A stretch of DNA of 64,000 nucleotides, from positions 194,620,001 through 194,684,000 of the forward strand of contig NC_086097.1 of assembly GCF_963921235.1 (NCBI RefSeq), given 5' to 3'. The position numbers and the translations under genes were made by a program. The stretch is from Mobula hypostoma (lineage: Eukaryota). Positions 61,592-64,000 of this stretch are shown here, piece after piece. Each line of letters starts with the position of its first letter. Positions within the stretch are counted from its first letter, which is position 1. Below the pieces are notes generated by a model, which did no database searches, was not told the origin of the DNA, and saw only the letters and a list, made by a program, of their open reading frames with translations.

Positions 61592-63639
61592 CCCATCCAC
61601 TGCTACCAACCTTATAGTTCCCACACCCCGCACTTCCCGTTTCTACCTCCTACCCAAGATCCACAAACCTGCCTGTCCTGGCCGACCTATTGTCTCAGAT
61701 TGCTCCTGCCCCACCGAACTCGTTTCTGCATACCTCGACACGGTTTTAACCCCCTTGTTCAATCCCTTCCTACCTATGTTCGTGACACTTCTCACGCTCT
61801 GAAACTTTTCGATGATTTTAAGTTCCCTGGCCCCCACCGCTTTATTTTCACCGTGGATGTCCAGTCCTTATATACTTCCATCCCCCATCAGGAAGGTCTC
61901 AAAGCTCTACACATCTTTTTGGATTCCAGACCTAATCAGTTCCCCTCTACCACCACTTTGCTCCGTCTAGCGGAATTAGTCTTTACTCTTAATAATTTCT
62001 CCTTTGGCTCATCCCACTTCCTCCAAACTAAAGGTGTAGCTATGGGCACCCGTATGGGTCCTAGCTATGCCTGCCTTTTTGTTGGCTTTGTGGAACAATC
62101 TATGTTCCGTGCCTATTCTGGTATCTGTCCCCCACTTTTCCTTCGCTACATCGATGACTGCATTGGCGCTGCTTCCTGCACGCATGCAGAACTCGTTGAC
62201 TTTATTAACTTTGCCTCCAACTTTCACCCTGCTCTCAAGTTTACCTGGGCCATTTCCGACACCTCCCTCCCCTTTCTAGATCTTTCTGTCTCTGTCTCTG
62301 GAGACAGCTTATCCACTGATGTCTACTATAAGCCTACCGACTCTCACAGCTATCTGGACTATTCCTCTTCTCACCCTGTCTCTTGCAAAAACGCCATCCC
62401 CTTCTCACAATTCCTCCGTCTCCGCCGCATCTGCTCTCAGGATGAGGCTTTTCATTCTAGGACGAGGGAGATGTCTTCATTTTTTAAAGAAAGGGGCTTC
62501 CCTTCCTCCACTATCAACTCTGCTCTTAAACGCATCTCCCCCATTTCACGTACATCTGCTCTCACTCCATCCTCCCGCTACCCCACTAGGAATAGGGTTC
62601 CCCTGGTCCTCACCTACCACCCCACCAGCCTCCGAGTCCAACATATTATTCTCCTAACTTCCGCCACCTCCAACGGGATCCAACCACTAAGCACATCTTT
62701 CCCTCCCCCCCCGCATTCCGCAGGGATCGCTCCCTACGCAACTCCCTTGTCCATTCGTCCCCCCCATCCCTCCCCACTGATCTCCCTCCTGGCACTTATC
62801 CGTGTAAGTGGAACAAGTGCTACACATGCCCTTACACTTCCTCTCTTACCACTATTCAGGGCCCCAAACAGTCCTTCCAGGTGAGGCAACACTTCACCTG
62901 TGAGTCGGCTGGGGTGATATACTGCGTTCGGTGCTCCCGATGTGGCCTTGTATATATTGGCGAGACCCGACGCAGACTGGGAGACCGCTTTGCTGAACAT
63001 CTACTCTCTGTCCGCCAGAGAAAGCAGGATCTCCCAGTGGCCACACATTTTAATTCCACATCCCATTCCCATTCTGACATGTCTATCCACGGCCTCCTCT
63101 ACTGTAAAGATGAAGCCACACTCAGGTTGGAGGAACAACACCTTATATTCCGTCTGGGTAGCCTCCAACCTGATGGCATGAACATCGACTTCTCTAACTT
63201 CCGCTAAGGCCCCACCTCCCCCTCGTACCCCATCTGTTACTTATTTTTATGCACACATTCTTTCTCTCACTCTCCTTTTTCTCCCTCTGTTCCTCTGAAT
63301 ATACCTCTTGCCCATCCTCTGGGTCCCGCCCCCCCCCTTGTCTTTCTTCCCGGACCTCTTGTCCCATGATCCTCTTGTATCCCCTTTTGCCAATCACCTG
63401 TCCAGCTCTTGGCTCCATCCCTCCCCCTCCTGTCTTCTCCTATCATTTTGGATCTCCCCCTCCCCCTCCAACTTTCAAATCCCTTACTCACTCTTCCTTC
63501 AGTTAGTCCTGACGAAGGGTCTCGGCCTGAAACGTTGACTGCACCTCTTCCTACAGATGCTGCCTGGCCTGCTGCGTTCACCAGCAACTTTGATGTGTGT
63601 TGCTTGAATTTCCAGCATCTGCAGAATTCCTGTTGTTAC
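61592..63639 (+). mobile_element. Penelope-like (Neptune-like) retroelement, 5'-truncated: RT, Cys-rich linker, GIY-YIG endonuclease, pLTR
   Basis: FTVDVQSLYTSIP, GVAMGT and RYIDD; linker CKWNKCYTC; VIYCVRCSRCGLVYIGETRRRLGDRFAEH. TSD TGTCCAAAGCT at 61581-61591 and 63640-63650. A few frameshifts. Confidence 0.95.
63505..63540 (+). ncRNA. Minimal type I hammerhead ribozyme-like motif in the Penelope pLTR
   Basis: AGTC-CTGACGA-agggtctcggcct-GAAA-CGTT-GACT: helix I AGTC/GACT, both core boxes, and palindromic ACGT in place of helix III. Confidence 0.7.
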
Positions 63640-64000
63640 TGTCCAAAGCTTCAAAGTCCATTCAGGAATCAATGGCAAAGGGGAAGAAGCTGTTCCTGAA
63701 TCACTGAGTGTGTGCTTTCAGGCTTAATAAATTAAAACACAGAACCAAAAATATAATCATCTCTGGATTGTTACCTGAACCATGTGCAAATTGGCACAGG
63801 GCTTATAAGATCAGAGGGCAAAAAGAATGGTGTGGGAAGAGGGAGTTGTCTGATGGGATAGGCTCCACCTTAACCATGCTGTGATCAATGTCCTGGTGAA
63901 TCACACAACCAAGGCTGTGGATAGGACTTCAAAGTCAACAGTAAGGGGGTGGGTTCAATAGCTTGGAAAGGTATGGATAAAATAAAAGGGAAGGGGAGTG

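Larger units (their letters stand above)
61358..63726 (-). mobile_element. Rex1-type 3' end (pieces 61358-61591 and 63640-63726) split by Penelope
   Basis: Reverse complement of the 13788-14086 family, with a (GAATCA)n tail. Confidence 0.75.

Noticed and set aside
61487..61740. N-terminus of the 465-aa ORF as real protein
   Set aside because: It derives from the antisense Rex1 UTR plus out-of-frame Penelope sequence upstream of a frameshift.

Overview
Repeat-dense eukaryotic (vertebrate) intergenic or intronic DNA. The repeat set of CR1, Rex1/Babar, RTE and Neptune-like Penelope families suggests a cartilaginous fish, but that is an inference. No intact host protein-coding gene could be supported; most recognisable ORFs belong to transposable elements, often nested. 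Contents: many CR1 and Rex1 LINE fragments (one CR1 with an uninterrupted 454-aa RT ORF); a decayed R4/Dong RLE retrotransposon; Penelope elements with hammerhead-like motifs; a Gmr1-type Gypsy (integrase before RT) plus its solo LTR; a full-length CsRn1-like Gypsy; a Charlie3-like hAT transposon; Tc1/mariner MITEs; a tRNA-SINE; and a 17 x 55-bp tandem array. The standout is a small Gypsy LTR element (22101-25522, minus) with intact LTRs, PBS, PPT and TSD. Its pol is replaced by segments resembling two host endocytic-adaptor coiled coils, rabaptin-5 (RABEP1) and CIN85 (SH3KBP1), fused in frame behind the Gag zinc knuckles. All family and gene assignments are by motif recognition from memory, without database searches.
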